NCBI GenBank assembly: GCA_947254205.1
Contig: CAMYCE010000001.1
Location: 35,274-99,273, forward strand
Direction of reading: 5' to 3'
Source of the DNA: an uncultured Prevotellaceae bacterium
GTDB lineage: Bacteria; Bacteroidota; Bacteroidia; Bacteroidales; Muribaculaceae
DNA: 64,000 bases
The stretch's first letter is position 1; each line of letters begins with the position of its first letter. Both the position numbers and the translations under genes were made by a program. The notes under the pieces are model-generated. The model saw nothing but the letters and a program-made list of their open reading frames with translations. It was not told where the DNA came from and searched no databases. Of the stretch, positions 9,314 to 18,996 are shown one piece after another.

Positions 9314-11008
9314 CTATAGGTGTTGGCTTGCAGGTGCATAAAGCACAAAATGACTATCGCAATACACAACATGATAGCCCCATTTCAATTTGTAGCTGTT
9401 GAGCACTTTCAATTTCTCATTTTTTTGAAAGTCGGTTTCTTGCTCATATTGATGTAGATGCTCAGGAGCGGCTGTACCCCAAAACTCTCCTATCGTGCTG
9501 AATTTTTGTTGCAACAATAATGGGTGAACCTTGCTGTGCGACAATTTATAATTCAACGCCTCGGCACTCAACAACTCGGGCCACGAGCAACCCACGTGAG
9601 GACGAGTGTGAGTGAGATAGTTAATCATGCTTCCGCTTCCATACACCATGAGCGTGTCGCCACTTTTTATCCATGGCGATATTCCTTTCAAAAGATTATT
9701 GATAACATGGGCACGATAAGGGGTTGTCATCACGCCACGAGCCCTATCGGCATGAATGGTTGCATGATGCACAGCATAGTTGCCTCCATCAAAATAAGGT
9801 CCATCAATCAACACATGCCCCACACATGCGAGCAAGAAAATGGCAAAATAAACCACAAAACGTCGCTTGAGCCAAAGCAATGATGCAACAGGTGCTGCAA
9901 CAAAGGCAATGATGCTTCCATTGTTGAATGCTCCATCACTACCCAAAGGAAAAACCAAGAGCATGAACAAGCCTAACCAAGCCCATATTTTCAATTCATA
10001 GGGTTGGGTAATAATGACAACAATACCGGAAAACAACACCCACACCCACACCACAGTGAAAGAGTGTGCACGCCACAAAAACCAAGCCATGGCAAGAAAA
10101 CTTGCCCCCCAAGACAAGGCGATAATCAATTTATTCTTGCTCAACCCATGAGCTATTGCCGGCAAAACAAGGCAACCTCCCAACTTCACAGCAGTCCACA
10201 ATGCCATTGCATAAAAAGAGAGCTGCACCATGATGAGATGAGACAATGAATGGGTTTGTTCACCAGTGGCATCTTGTGCAATGCTGCGCAATTCCTCTAT
10301 ATTAGCAAGAAAAATGTTGAAGTGCCCTGCTACAAGCATCAATGCAATCACACTTGCCCATGCCATTATCAAACCGGCAAAATACCACGTCACACACCAA
10401 GCAACACGTCGCCATGGCACAAAAATGTAATGGCGAGAAATCAAGACTATAAAAATAATGAAGACCGACAACACATTGGGAACGCGAGTAAAACAGTTGA
10501 GCCCTATGGCCAAACCTGCCAGCATAAAATAATAAAACTTTCTAAGAGTCAACCCTCTATAAAGCCAAACAATGGCAAGAATATAGAACAAAAGCGTGAA
10601 TAAATCGTGATTGATTGCATAAACCGGCTTGGCATAACCCACCACTACAAGGACAAAGCCAAGCATGATAGCCGAGGTGGGCACAATCTCTTTCAAATTG
10701 CTATAAAGAATCTTCATCACCGCCAAGCACAACGCAACACCCGCCAATCTCATTCCCACAAGGCCCATAGTGGGAAATAGCCACTGCAATGCCCCTCCCA
10801 ACACGCCACTCAAATAATACATGAAATTGTAGCTCACCGACTCAGGATTTGTGAAGATATTGTCGTAGAACGTGAGATAAAAACCACTATCGCAAGTTTC
10901 AAATCCCCAAAACACTCCAAGCAGCATGTAGCAACCCAGCAACATTAAAACCACAGCCATGCTGCGTGTGCCATGCGACTCAATGCTATGATGTAGCTGG
11001 GAAAGCAT
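9314..11008 (-). CDS. Polytopic integral membrane protein (12+ predicted TM segments), possibly a GT-C/ArnT-PMT_2-like glycosyltransferase
   Basis: 564 aa, very hydrophobic, with a long periplasmic-type C-terminal domain. An acidic motif (ETCDSG) follows the first TM segment, as in GT-C enzymes. The family assignment is tentative. Confidence 0.55.
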   Translation of the reverse strand: MLSQLHHSIESHGTRSMAVVLMLLGCYMLLGVFWGFETCDSGFYLTFYDNIFTNPESVSYNFMYYLSGVLGGALQWLFPTMGLVGMRLAGVALCLAVMKILYSNLKEIVPTSAIMLGFVLVVVGYAKPVYAINHDLFTLLFYILAIVWLYRGLTLRKFYYFMLAGLAIGLNCFTRVPNVLSVFIIFIVLISRHYIFVPWRRVAWCVTWYFAGLIMAWASVIALMLVAGHFNIFLANIEELRSIAQDATGEQTHSLSHLIMVQLSFYAMALWTAVKLGGCLVLPAIAHGLSKNKLIIALSWGASFLAMAWFLWRAHSFTVVWVWVLFSGIVVIITQPYELKIWAWLGLFMLLVFPLGSDGAFNNGSIIAFVAAPVASLLWLKRRFVVYFAIFLLACVGHVLIDGPYFDGGNYAVHHATIHADRARGVMTTPYRAHVINNLLKGISPWIKSGDTLMVYGSGSMINYLTHTRPHVGCSWPELLSAEALNYKLSHSKVHPLLLQQKFSTIGEFWGTAAPEHLHQYEQETDFQKNEKLKVLNSYKLKWGYHVVYCDSHFVLYAPASQHL

Positions 11009-11023
11009 TTTCAGGAAAAATTT

Positions 11024-13003
11024 TCAATTGAGGAAATTGACCGACACGCCCAATTGCAAGCGTGAGGGATTGAGGGGATAGTGGGGCACGGCAAAGTAGT
11101 GGTTGCCACCAAACAAGCCCTTGTTGAAGTGGCTATACATCACAAAGAATCGTGCCTGCTTCATCTTGAAATTGGCATAAAGATTCATCATGGCAAAGTC
11201 GCCACATTTCACTGCGCTTTGGTTATTGAAGCTCATTGTGGCAGGGTTGAAGGCAGGAGCATGATAGCTGGTGTAGTAGTTGCCGTCGATGCCCAGTTGG
11301 ACATGCAACACTCGTGCCACTGTGAAGGTGAAGTAGAGGTTGCTATAAACCGAAAACTTGGGCAGTGGCAAAATGTGACTATTGGAAGTGGCTTGATAGG
11401 TCACCTCGTTGTCCCAATGCAAGGCCTTGAACTGCAATTGTTGCTTGAGTGTGGCATTCAGCACATGAATGGGGGCACTGTGTTGCTGAGGGGTGCCCTC
11501 TGTGCCAAAATAAATGTAGTTTTTCAATGTTTCATAGCCCACGTTCACATTGCTACCCGTGAAGGGCACATTGAGCACACCCCCCACTCTCAATCGTTTT
11601 TCTTTGGCAAAATCGTTGCTCCAAGCATAGTGATTGGACACAAAATGCTTGAGCAGATAGGGAGCTTCGAGATTCTTGAAATAGCCATAGCCCTGCAACG
11701 TGACGGTGTCGCCCAGCAAGCGCATTTTGGTCGAGACTTCCCCCTTCACGTCAATATCGCCCACCACATCGCCCAGCACGCCAAATTGTGCTGTGGCATC
11801 ATAGGTCAAGATTGAGCCATGCTGCTTGGTGAGTTGCCCGCCCACCCATGCCACATGCTCGGTGTGGCTATGGTCGACTGCCACCGGCAATTTTTCAAGT
11901 CCCTTGGGAGGGGTGGTGCCTGTCACGCTATCGGTGGCTTGGGTGTAGCCACGCAACTCATGGGTGCCATAGAGCGAAAAGCCAAACTTGGCATATCGGT
12001 TGAAGCCCTCAAGCAGCGACACTCCCACGGTGTTGCGCAGTCGGTGATAACTGGTGGTTTCATCGGTTCCGCCCAAACCCAAATAGGTGTGTTTAAAAAA
12101 TGAGGTGTCTTGCGCGCCCGACTTGTTCAAGAAGTTGTGCCGCCCGTCTTTATAATCCATAGTCCAAATGAAACTGGTGACGGGAATATAGGTTTTGCCC
12201 TTGATAGTGTCGGTGATTGAGTCGCGCTCATAGTGGTAGTAGCCCACCTTGTAGCGATGATTCATATAGAACTCCTTGCCCGACAACTTGGTTTGGGCAG
12301 CAGTGAGACGAGTGGAAATATCTTTGGCCGACACCTTGGTTTCGCCTCCTTGCACGGCAGCAGGGTCGGTGATATAGCGGTCGTCGACAATGCCACCACT
12401 CTCTTTGGCCGTGATGCTATAATGATTGAAAAATGCCTGCATCTCATAGCGATCGCCCATGTAGGAGCCAAATAAACTCCATCGAAAATTTTTGGCGGCC
12501 TGAAAATCATAGGCTCCCTTGCTATAAATGTAGTCGAGAGCCCCCCCCACCTCTATTCTTTTATCGACATTGCCACTAAACAAGGCTTGAGTGTGGTCTT
12601 GGTTGCTGTGCTTGTCGCCACCGGTTGAGTGTGCCAACACAGTCATGGGAATGCGTGTGTTGTAGTAGCGTTGAGTGGTCACACTGGGAATCCATGCCTG
12701 CATGGCATCTTCAAAGAAAAAATCGCTGGTAGCAGGTCGCTGAAAAAACACTTGGTTTTGAGCCTCGGCACCATAGTTGCCCGTGGTGGCCCACACATTG
12801 CTGTGCATTGAGGGGACAAACCCTTTGTGGTAGTTGAAATGCAATGTGTCGAGAGTCGAAGCATAGTGCAACCCAAGAGGCTCACCAATGGTCCAAGCAT
12901 AGGAGGGAGCTATCACTTGCTGTTTTTTCTTGGCCTCAGCAGTGCTTGCAACCATTGCCACAAGCAGCACAGCCATTATCATTTTCATTGCACGCTGTTT
13001 CAT
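11024..13003 (-). CDS. Outer-membrane beta-barrel protein, Bacteroidota 'putative porin' family
   Basis: 659 aa with a signal peptide (MKMIMAVLLVAMVASTAEA). Rich in alternating aromatic/Gly residues and ends in a beta-strand (...GVSVNFLN). Sits 15 nt upstream of the membrane protein in the same orientation. Confidence 0.6.
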   Translation of the reverse strand: MKQRAMKMIMAVLLVAMVASTAEAKKKQQVIAPSYAWTIGEPLGLHYASTLDTLHFNYHKGFVPSMHSNVWATTGNYGAEAQNQVFFQRPATSDFFFEDAMQAWIPSVTTQRYYNTRIPMTVLAHSTGGDKHSNQDHTQALFSGNVDKRIEVGGALDYIYSKGAYDFQAAKNFRWSLFGSYMGDRYEMQAFFNHYSITAKESGGIVDDRYITDPAAVQGGETKVSAKDISTRLTAAQTKLSGKEFYMNHRYKVGYYHYERDSITDTIKGKTYIPVTSFIWTMDYKDGRHNFLNKSGAQDTSFFKHTYLGLGGTDETTSYHRLRNTVGVSLLEGFNRYAKFGFSLYGTHELRGYTQATDSVTGTTPPKGLEKLPVAVDHSHTEHVAWVGGQLTKQHGSILTYDATAQFGVLGDVVGDIDVKGEVSTKMRLLGDTVTLQGYGYFKNLEAPYLLKHFVSNHYAWSNDFAKEKRLRVGGVLNVPFTGSNVNVGYETLKNYIYFGTEGTPQQHSAPIHVLNATLKQQLQFKALHWDNEVTYQATSNSHILPLPKFSVYSNLYFTFTVARVLHVQLGIDGNYYTSYHAPAFNPATMSFNNQSAVKCGDFAMMNLYANFKMKQARFFVMYSHFNKGLFGGNHYFAVPHYPLNPSRLQLGVSVNFLN

Positions 13004-13032
13004 GTCACTCTTGCATTTGTCATCATTGAGCG

Positions 13033-13977
13033 TTATTCGTTATCCAAGAAAGGAGTCTTGAAAAACGATAGGAAATACTCAGGGAAAGGTGTTTCAAAAA
13101 ATAAGGGTTCGTGGGTGCGAGGCTGATAGAAAGCCAGCCTGAAGGCGTGCAGGCACATGCGCCTTGCATCGGTTGTGCTGCCATACTTGTAATCGCCCAC
13201 AATGGGGTGATGCAACACTTGCATGTGCACCCTGATTTGGTTTTTGCGCCCTGTGTTGAGGTGAAGCTCAAGCAAGGCAAAATCGTCGTTTTGCTCCAGC
13301 AGTTGCCAATCGGTGCTTGCCCACTTGCCTCCATTATCGGTGCGACTGCTCACTATCTTGAGGCTGGGCGTGTCTTTGAGCCAGCTCTCGATGTGGCCAT
13401 AGTCTTTTTCCATGGGATTTTCTACCACTGCCACATAGCGACGGTCGATAATCGTTTGATGCCAATCGGCAATTAAGAGTTGCTGTGCCTCAACACTCTT
13501 GGCATAGACCATGAGCCCCGATGTGCGAGTGTCGAGTCGATGCACCACATGGGCACGGCAATGCTGATGGTTATCGGCAAAATAGCAATCGAGCAATGTC
13601 TTCATGTTCAAGCTATTGCGCCCCACCCCCATCGAGAGCACTTCATCGGCTTTGTCAACAACTATCACATCATAGTCTTCATACACCACATCAAAGTAGC
13701 GTTGATAGTTCAAGCGACCTTGCATCGATGTGCCAGGGTGCTTGCTCACTTCGACCAGCATGTTGGGCATGACCTGAAAATTAAAGCGTGTCTGCACCTC
13801 ATGATCCACCAAAACCCCTCCTGCGTTTAAAATAGCTTTAGCCTTGTTTCGGCTGATGCCATCGAGCTTTTTCATGACAAAATCTATCAAGCTCATTTCT
13901 TCTCTCGACAGGAATTGGGTGTATTGTGCATCGAAGTGTGGCACTCCACCTTTGTGTTGTTGATGATCGTGACTCAT
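13033..13977 (-). CDS. RluA-family rRNA pseudouridine synthase (RluD/RluC-like) with an S4 domain
   Basis: 314 aa. Catalytic motif HRLDTRTSGLMVYAKS and an N-terminal S4-like region (FVMKKLDGISRNKAKAIL). The true start may be the internal Met. Confidence 0.85.
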   Translation of the reverse strand: MSHDHQQHKGGVPHFDAQYTQFLSREEMSLIDFVMKKLDGISRNKAKAILNAGGVLVDHEVQTRFNFQVMPNMLVEVSKHPGTSMQGRLNYQRYFDVVYEDYDVIVVDKADEVLSMGVGRNSLNMKTLLDCYFADNHQHCRAHVVHRLDTRTSGLMVYAKSVEAQQLLIADWHQTIIDRRYVAVVENPMEKDYGHIESWLKDTPSLKIVSSRTDNGGKWASTDWQLLEQNDDFALLELHLNTGRKNQIRVHMQVLHHPIVGDYKYGSTTDARRMCLHAFRLAFYQPRTHEPLFFETPFPEYFLSFFKTPFLDNE

Positions 13978-14025
13978 AAAAAAAATAATGCGATATTTCC
14001 ATTACAAAAGTAGTGAAAATATCGC
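13978..14025 (-). terminator. Rho-independent terminator downstream of dnaJ (stem GCGATATTT/AAATATCGC, followed on the minus strand by a T-run)
   Basis: 9-bp perfect stem. The plus-strand A8 run at 13978-13985 becomes a U-run on the minus strand. Confidence 0.5.
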
Positions 14026-14048
14026 AATCATGTGTTGTGTGTCGTCGC

Positions 14049-15224
14049 TTAGTTGTCGAAGATGTGACGCAAGCGACTAAAAATGCGCTCTTTGGTCGAT
14101 TGTGAGGGCTTCACATTTGATGAGTCGCGCAAGGCTTCAAAGGCACGGCGCTCATCATCGGTGAGCGTTTCGGGAATATATACCATCACATTGATGAGCA
14201 AGTCGCCCTTGCCATAACCATCGGTTGATGGCACCCCCTTGCCACGCAGTCGCAACACCTTACCGGGCTGTGTGCCGGGCTGAATGGTGACACGTGCATG
14301 ACCGTCGATTGTGGGCACCTCAACTTTGCCACCAAACACTGCTGTGGGAATGTCGAGCATGAGGTTATAAATCAAGTCGTTGCCATCGCGTTGCAATTGG
14401 GCATCGCGCTCCTCCTCAATCACAATGAGCAAGTCGCCCGGAATGCCTCCACCGGGAGCATCATTGCCTTTGCCGCTCATTTTGAGAGTCATGCCCTCGC
14501 CCACACCGGCAGGAATGTTAATCGACACGATGTCGTCTTTGCGCACAAGTCCCTTGCCTCCACACTCGGGGCAACGCTCCTTGATGATTTTTCCACTACC
14601 GCCACAGGTGTGGCAGGTGCTTTGGGTTTGCATTTGCCCCAAAATGGTGCGTTGCACACGCATCTCCACACCGCTACCACCACAAGTGGGGCAGGTTTCT
14701 TGTGCTGTGCCGTTTTTGGCTCCGGTGCCATGACAGGCGTCGCAGGAAACCATGCGCGGAATTTTGAGTTTCTTTTCAACGCCACCGGCCACATCTTTGA
14801 GATTGACACGCACACGCACACGCAAGTCGGAGCCTCGTTGCATGCGACGGCCACCCGATGACCGACGGCCACCAAAACCACCAAAGAAGTCGCCAAAGCC
14901 ACCTCCTCCAAAAATATCGCCAAACTGCGAGAAAATATCGTCCATCGACATGCCTGCACCGCCAAAACCTCCTGCGCCACCGTCCATTCCGGCAAATCCA
15001 AATTGGTCATATCGGGCACGCTTGTCGGGGTCGCTCAACACATCATAGGCCTCGGCGGCTTCTTTAAATTTTTCTTCGGCATTCTTTTTTTCTTCGTCGC
15101 TCTTGCCTTGCTGACGGTCGGGGTGAAACTGAATGGCCATTTTGCGATAAGCCTTTTTAAGCTCATCGGCACTGGCATTCTTTTGGACCCCTAACACTTC
15201 ATAATAATCTCTTTTTTGTGCCAT
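14049..15224 (-). CDS. dnaJ: Molecular chaperone DnaJ
   Basis: 391 aa. J domain with HPD ([13 protein letters not shown]), a G/F-rich region, four CxxCxGxG zinc-finger repeats and the C-terminal domain. Confidence 0.95.
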   Translation of the reverse strand: MAQKRDYYEVLGVQKNASADELKKAYRKMAIQFHPDRQQGKSDEEKKNAEEKFKEAAEAYDVLSDPDKRARYDQFGFAGMDGGAGGFGGAGMSMDDIFSQFGDIFGGGGFGDFFGGFGGRRSSGGRRMQRGSDLRVRVRVNLKDVAGGVEKKLKIPRMVSCDACHGTGAKNGTAQETCPTCGGSGVEMRVQRTILGQMQTQSTCHTCGGSGKIIKERCPECGGKGLVRKDDIVSINIPAGVGEGMTLKMSGKGNDAPGGGIPGDLLIVIEEERDAQLQRDGNDLIYNLMLDIPTAVFGGKVEVPTIDGHARVTIQPGTQPGKVLRLRGKGVPSTDGYGKGDLLINVMVYIPETLTDDERRAFEALRDSSNVKPSQSTKERIFSRLRHIFDN

Positions 15225-15251
15225 AATAAGTCAAAACACACGATAATATTA

Positions 15252-15842
15252 TTATTGACCCACAACCACTTTGGCGTGGCGCAAGACTTTGTCGTTGATC
15301 ATGTAGCCCTTGAGCACGGTGTCGATCACCTTGCCCTTTTGGCTCTCTTCGGGAGCAGGGAAAGTGGTCACTGCATCGTGCACGTCGCTATCAAAGTCGC
15401 TACCCGTGGAATCCATAGCCTTCACTTGCTGCTTTTCGAGATAGGAAATAAACTTTTTATAAATCAAGTCTACACCCTCTTTGAGACTTTCAACATCGCT
15501 GGCCGACTCCATGGCAGCAATAGCGCGCTCAAAGTCATCAACCACAGGCAACAACTCTTGCATAGCCTTGCTCGATGCCGTTTTAATGAGTTCTTGCTTT
15601 TCTTTGAGAGTGCGCTTGCGATAGTTGTCAAACTCGGCCATGAGAAACATGTATTCTTTTTTCTCATTTTCAACCTCACCCTCAAGTTGCGTGATGCGGT
15701 CTTCAAGGCTCACATCCTCTTCCATTGCCTCGGGAGCAACATCGGCTGTGGCCTGATTTTCCTTTTCGGGGGCTTCCTGAGCAACATCTTCTTGTTGCTT
15801 GGATTCTTTTTTACTCATATTTCGTGTCAATTTTATTTTCAT
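15252..15842 (-). CDS. grpE: Nucleotide exchange factor GrpE
   Basis: 196 aa. GrpE fold motifs (FDNYRKRTLKEKQELI..., GYMINDKVLRHAKVVV). Immediately upstream of dnaJ. Confidence 0.9.
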   Translation of the reverse strand: MKIKLTRNMSKKESKQQEDVAQEAPEKENQATADVAPEAMEEDVSLEDRITQLEGEVENEKKEYMFLMAEFDNYRKRTLKEKQELIKTASSKAMQELLPVVDDFERAIAAMESASDVESLKEGVDLIYKKFISYLEKQQVKAMDSTGSDFDSDVHDAVTTFPAPEESQKGKVIDTVLKGYMINDKVLRHAKVVVGQ

Positions 15843-15929
15843 CTTTTGTAATGCATTCGTGCAATTCTAAACAAAAAGTGAGCCAATGCCCCTGTGCTGT
15901 AGCCGGCGTGGCACAAACACAGACCCTCG

Positions 15930-16754
15930 CTATAGAGGCATGACATAATGAGCGCATTTGGCAAATTGAGAGCATAGCGCCTCTGCCAATTTGACATCAT
16001 CAAAAATTCCAAAAATCGATGACCCCGACCCCGACATGCTGCAATATAATGCTCCTGCCTGCTCAATGGCTTGCTTCACTTCGCCCAACTCAGGGAATTG
16101 AGCAAAGACACCGGGCTCGAAACCATTTTTTAGCCCACCACTTTGCCACTGCTCAATGGGGTGAGCCAAAATGCTTGCAAGTGGCTCTTGACTAAGCTTG
16201 GGAGTGACTTGGGCATAGGCTTGGGCCGTGGATACCGAAACATCGGGCTTAACCAAAAACAGGAATTTACCCTTGAGGTCAACTTCTACTGGTGCAAACA
16301 CATTGCCTATGCCCGTAGCCATCACAGGGCGATTTTCGATAAAAAAAGCACAGTCGGCACCAAGAGTCGAGGCAAGAGCTTTCAACTCATTGGCCAACAG
16401 GCCCAAACTAAACATGCTGTTGAGCATCGTGAGCACATGAGAGGCGTCGCTCGACCCACCTCCCAATCCTGCTCCGTCGGGAATGTGCTTATAGAGAAAC
16501 ATGTCGACCGCCGGCAAGCCACATTGCGCCTGCAACAGCAGGCAGGCCTTCATCACCAAGTTTTTTTCAACAGGGCAATCAACCTTGCGTCCATAGCAAG
16601 TGAGTGTGGTCGCGCCACTGCGCGAGGGCACAATTTCAAGCGCATCGGTGAGTGGAATGGGATAGAACACGGTCTCGATATTGTGATAGCCATCGGGCCT
16701 GCGACTCACAATATTGAGCCCTAAATTTATTTTAGCATTAGGAAAAGTAATCAT
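15930..16754 (-). CDS. ispE: 4-diphosphocytidyl-2-C-methyl-D-erythritol kinase
   Basis: 274 aa. KINLGLNIV and the GHMP kinase motif PDGAGLGGGSSDA. Confidence 0.9.
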   Translation of the reverse strand: MITFPNAKINLGLNIVSRRPDGYHNIETVFYPIPLTDALEIVPSRSGATTLTCYGRKVDCPVEKNLVMKACLLLQAQCGLPAVDMFLYKHIPDGAGLGGGSSDASHVLTMLNSMFSLGLLANELKALASTLGADCAFFIENRPVMATGIGNVFAPVEVDLKGKFLFLVKPDVSVSTAQAYAQVTPKLSQEPLASILAHPIEQWQSGGLKNGFEPGVFAQFPELGEVKQAIEQAGALYCSMSGSGSSIFGIFDDVKLAEALCSQFAKCAHYVMPL

Positions 16755-16808
16755 AACATTTCATGAATTGGGAGTTTTGAATGTGCACACACTAAAAAGA
16801 GCAATTTG

Positions 16809-18254
16809 TCACAAAATGGGACCCAGCAAGCGCGAGAGCGACTCAAGGGCACGCTGGCCCATGGGGCGACGCTTCCAGTGTGAGAGAATGATGCGCTGGC
16901 TGTTTCTGATGTCGGCCATATAGATTTGCTTCATGCGTGCATTAAAAGCCTTGCCATAAACCAAGATGTTGCACTCAAAGTTGTGTTCAAAACTGCGAAA
17001 ATCGAAGTTGGTGGAACCCGTTGTCACAAATTCATCATCAACAATGATGCACTTGGCATGCAACATGCGACCAGTGTAGAAATAAACCTTGATGCCGGCC
17101 TGCAAGCACTCTTTGACATAAGAAAACGAAGAGTAGCGCAAAATTCGCGAATCGGGCGAACGCGGAATCATGAGCCTCACGTCCACACCTGCAAGGGCGG
17201 CAGCCTGCAAGGCTTTGATTTGGCCATCATTGGGCAAGAAATAGGGCGTTTGGATATAGATGCACTTTTGGGCCAAAGAGATAGCTTTGAGAAAAACCAG
17301 CGACATGCCATTCCACAAGCCCGTTGGGCCACTATCGATCACTTGCACGCCATTGCCAGCATTGGGGTCGGTGTGATAGCTACATGTGGCTTGGGTGAGG
17401 AGCATGCGTTTCATGAAGTTCCAATCGACTGCAAACGAATATTGCAACGCCTTGACAGCACCTCCCACCACTCTCAAGTGGGTGTCGCGCCATGCCGGCC
17501 TGCCATGGGCTCCGGTGTTGTAGCGATCGGCCACATTCATGCCCCCTATATAACCCACCTTGCCATCAATAATCACCACTTTGCGGTGGTTGCGCCAGTT
17601 GAGCCGATTGGCAAGTTGTGGAAAGGTTACTCTCAAAAATGGGTGAGCATCAACTCCATCGCGCCTCATACGCTTGAAAAACGACGAGGCAATGCTCCAC
17701 GACCCCACATGGTCATAAATCACCCTCACCTTCACACCTTGATGGGCTTTGGCTATGAGAATATCGGCAATTTCTTGACCAATGGCATCGTTAGAAAAAA
17801 TATAGTATTGAAAGTTGATATATTTCTCGGCGGCAAGCAAGTCGCGCTTGAGCGATTTAAACTTGTCGACTCCTTCGGTAAAAATGTCAATGCTGTTGCC
17901 CGGGAAATAGTGAGGCTCTACTACCGAATTCACAAGCCTGATGAGCTGCTTGCTCGAGTCACACAGGTCGAGACCATTCACGTCGATATTCTCCAATTTT
18001 TCTTGGCGACGCAATTTCACACGATTTTTGCGAGAAATCATCACCACACTCTTGAGGCTGCGTCCAAAAAACAGGTAGAGAAACAGCCCCACAACGGGTA
18101 GCAAAATGAGCACTGTGACCCACGCAAGCGATTTAATGGGGTTGCGATTCTCTGAAATCACAATGCCAATCACACCCAAAATAGTGAAGGCATAGATGAT
18201 CGTGAAAACCGTGTAAATCACCTGAGCATAGGGGAACAACTCTGCTAAAATCAT
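16809..18254 (-). CDS. cls: Cardiolipin synthase (PLD superfamily)
   Basis: 481 aa. Two N-terminal TM helices and two HKD motifs (HRKVVIIDGKVGYIGGMN and HAKCIIVDDEFVTTGSTN). Confidence 0.9.
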   Translation of the reverse strand: MILAELFPYAQVIYTVFTIIYAFTILGVIGIVISENRNPIKSLAWVTVLILLPVVGLFLYLFFGRSLKSVVMISRKNRVKLRRQEKLENIDVNGLDLCDSSKQLIRLVNSVVEPHYFPGNSIDIFTEGVDKFKSLKRDLLAAEKYINFQYYIFSNDAIGQEIADILIAKAHQGVKVRVIYDHVGSWSIASSFFKRMRRDGVDAHPFLRVTFPQLANRLNWRNHRKVVIIDGKVGYIGGMNVADRYNTGAHGRPAWRDTHLRVVGGAVKALQYSFAVDWNFMKRMLLTQATCSYHTDPNAGNGVQVIDSGPTGLWNGMSLVFLKAISLAQKCIYIQTPYFLPNDGQIKALQAAALAGVDVRLMIPRSPDSRILRYSSFSYVKECLQAGIKVYFYTGRMLHAKCIIVDDEFVTTGSTNFDFRSFEHNFECNILVYGKAFNARMKQIYMADIRNSQRIILSHWKRRPMGQRALESLSRLLGPIL

Positions 18255-18465
18255 ATTAGAGAATGTGTGGATAATTCAATGAATATTGAAAAATAATGCC
18301 CAATTTAAATAAAAAACTATCACAACCCTATCTCCATTTTTTGGAAAAAGATGAGGGTTTATGATAGTGTGCAACACAAATCATGCCATGTGTGGGGGGC
18401 TTCATGAAGCGACGTCTATTTCTACTTTTTCACTTGCCATGGGGCGGTGATGCACCATCGAGATG

Positions 18466-18783
18466 CTACCTCACCACAACCTTGCGCGACCATTGATTGA
18501 AATAGCGCACAACATAGAACCCTTTGGGCATTTCAACCGTGGTGTGTGTATCGGCACCAAGCTTCACCACTCTCACAAGTTGACCCGTAATTGAATAGAT
18601 ATTGAATGTCGCATCAACACTGCCTGCCGACAAATAGATTCGGCCTTCTCCACCTCGCACAGTGGGAATGCTCGAAACCGACTCGATAGCAGGAGCTGCT
18701 GCTGGAGCGGCCCATGCACTCACGATGTCCATTGTGGCACAAATCATCAATATGAGCAATATCTTCTTCATTTCACCGAACAA
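18466..18783 (-). CDS. Small ORF made only of a signal peptide plus a T9SS type-A C-terminal sorting domain
   Basis: 105 aa. MKKILLILMICATMDIVSAWA followed by ...RIYLSAGSVDATFNIYSITGQLVRVVKLGADTHTTVEMPKGFYVVRYFNQWSRKVVVR. This fits the T9SS CTD pattern (IYxxxGxxV ... GxYxVR ... KVVV), with no cargo domain in between. Confidence 0.45.
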   Translation of the reverse strand: MFGEMKKILLILMICATMDIVSAWAAPAAAPAIESVSSIPTVRGGEGRIYLSAGSVDATFNIYSITGQLVRVVKLGADTHTTVEMPKGFYVVRYFNQWSRKVVVR

Positions 18784-18898
18784 AGATAGAGTAAAAAAAA
18801 AGGAAATCCTAATTTTTCACACAATTTTTCACACAATACTTCGTTACAGCACTTTCTTGTTCATTTTCAAGCTTTGAGTTGGTGTTACTAAGAAGATG

Positions 18899-18932
18899 AA
18901 TCGTTGCCGTTTCTCACAAAACGGCAACGATT
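18899..18932. terminator. 13-bp perfect hairpin (AATCGTTGCCGTT-N8-AACGGCAACGATT) downstream of the M6 protease gene
   Basis: Seen in the sequence. No strong U-run, so terminator function is uncertain. Confidence 0.35.
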
Positions 18933-18996
18933 GATCAATCAACTTTTTAACATGTAGAGAAAATTACTTTTTACTTTTTTATCTTTTCACTGAATT

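Noticed and set aside
16926-18101. 391-aa plus-strand ORF
   Set aside because: Entirely antisense to cls, whose HKD motifs are unambiguous. No recognisable domains. Frames antisense to highly expressed, GC-balanced genes are often long and open.
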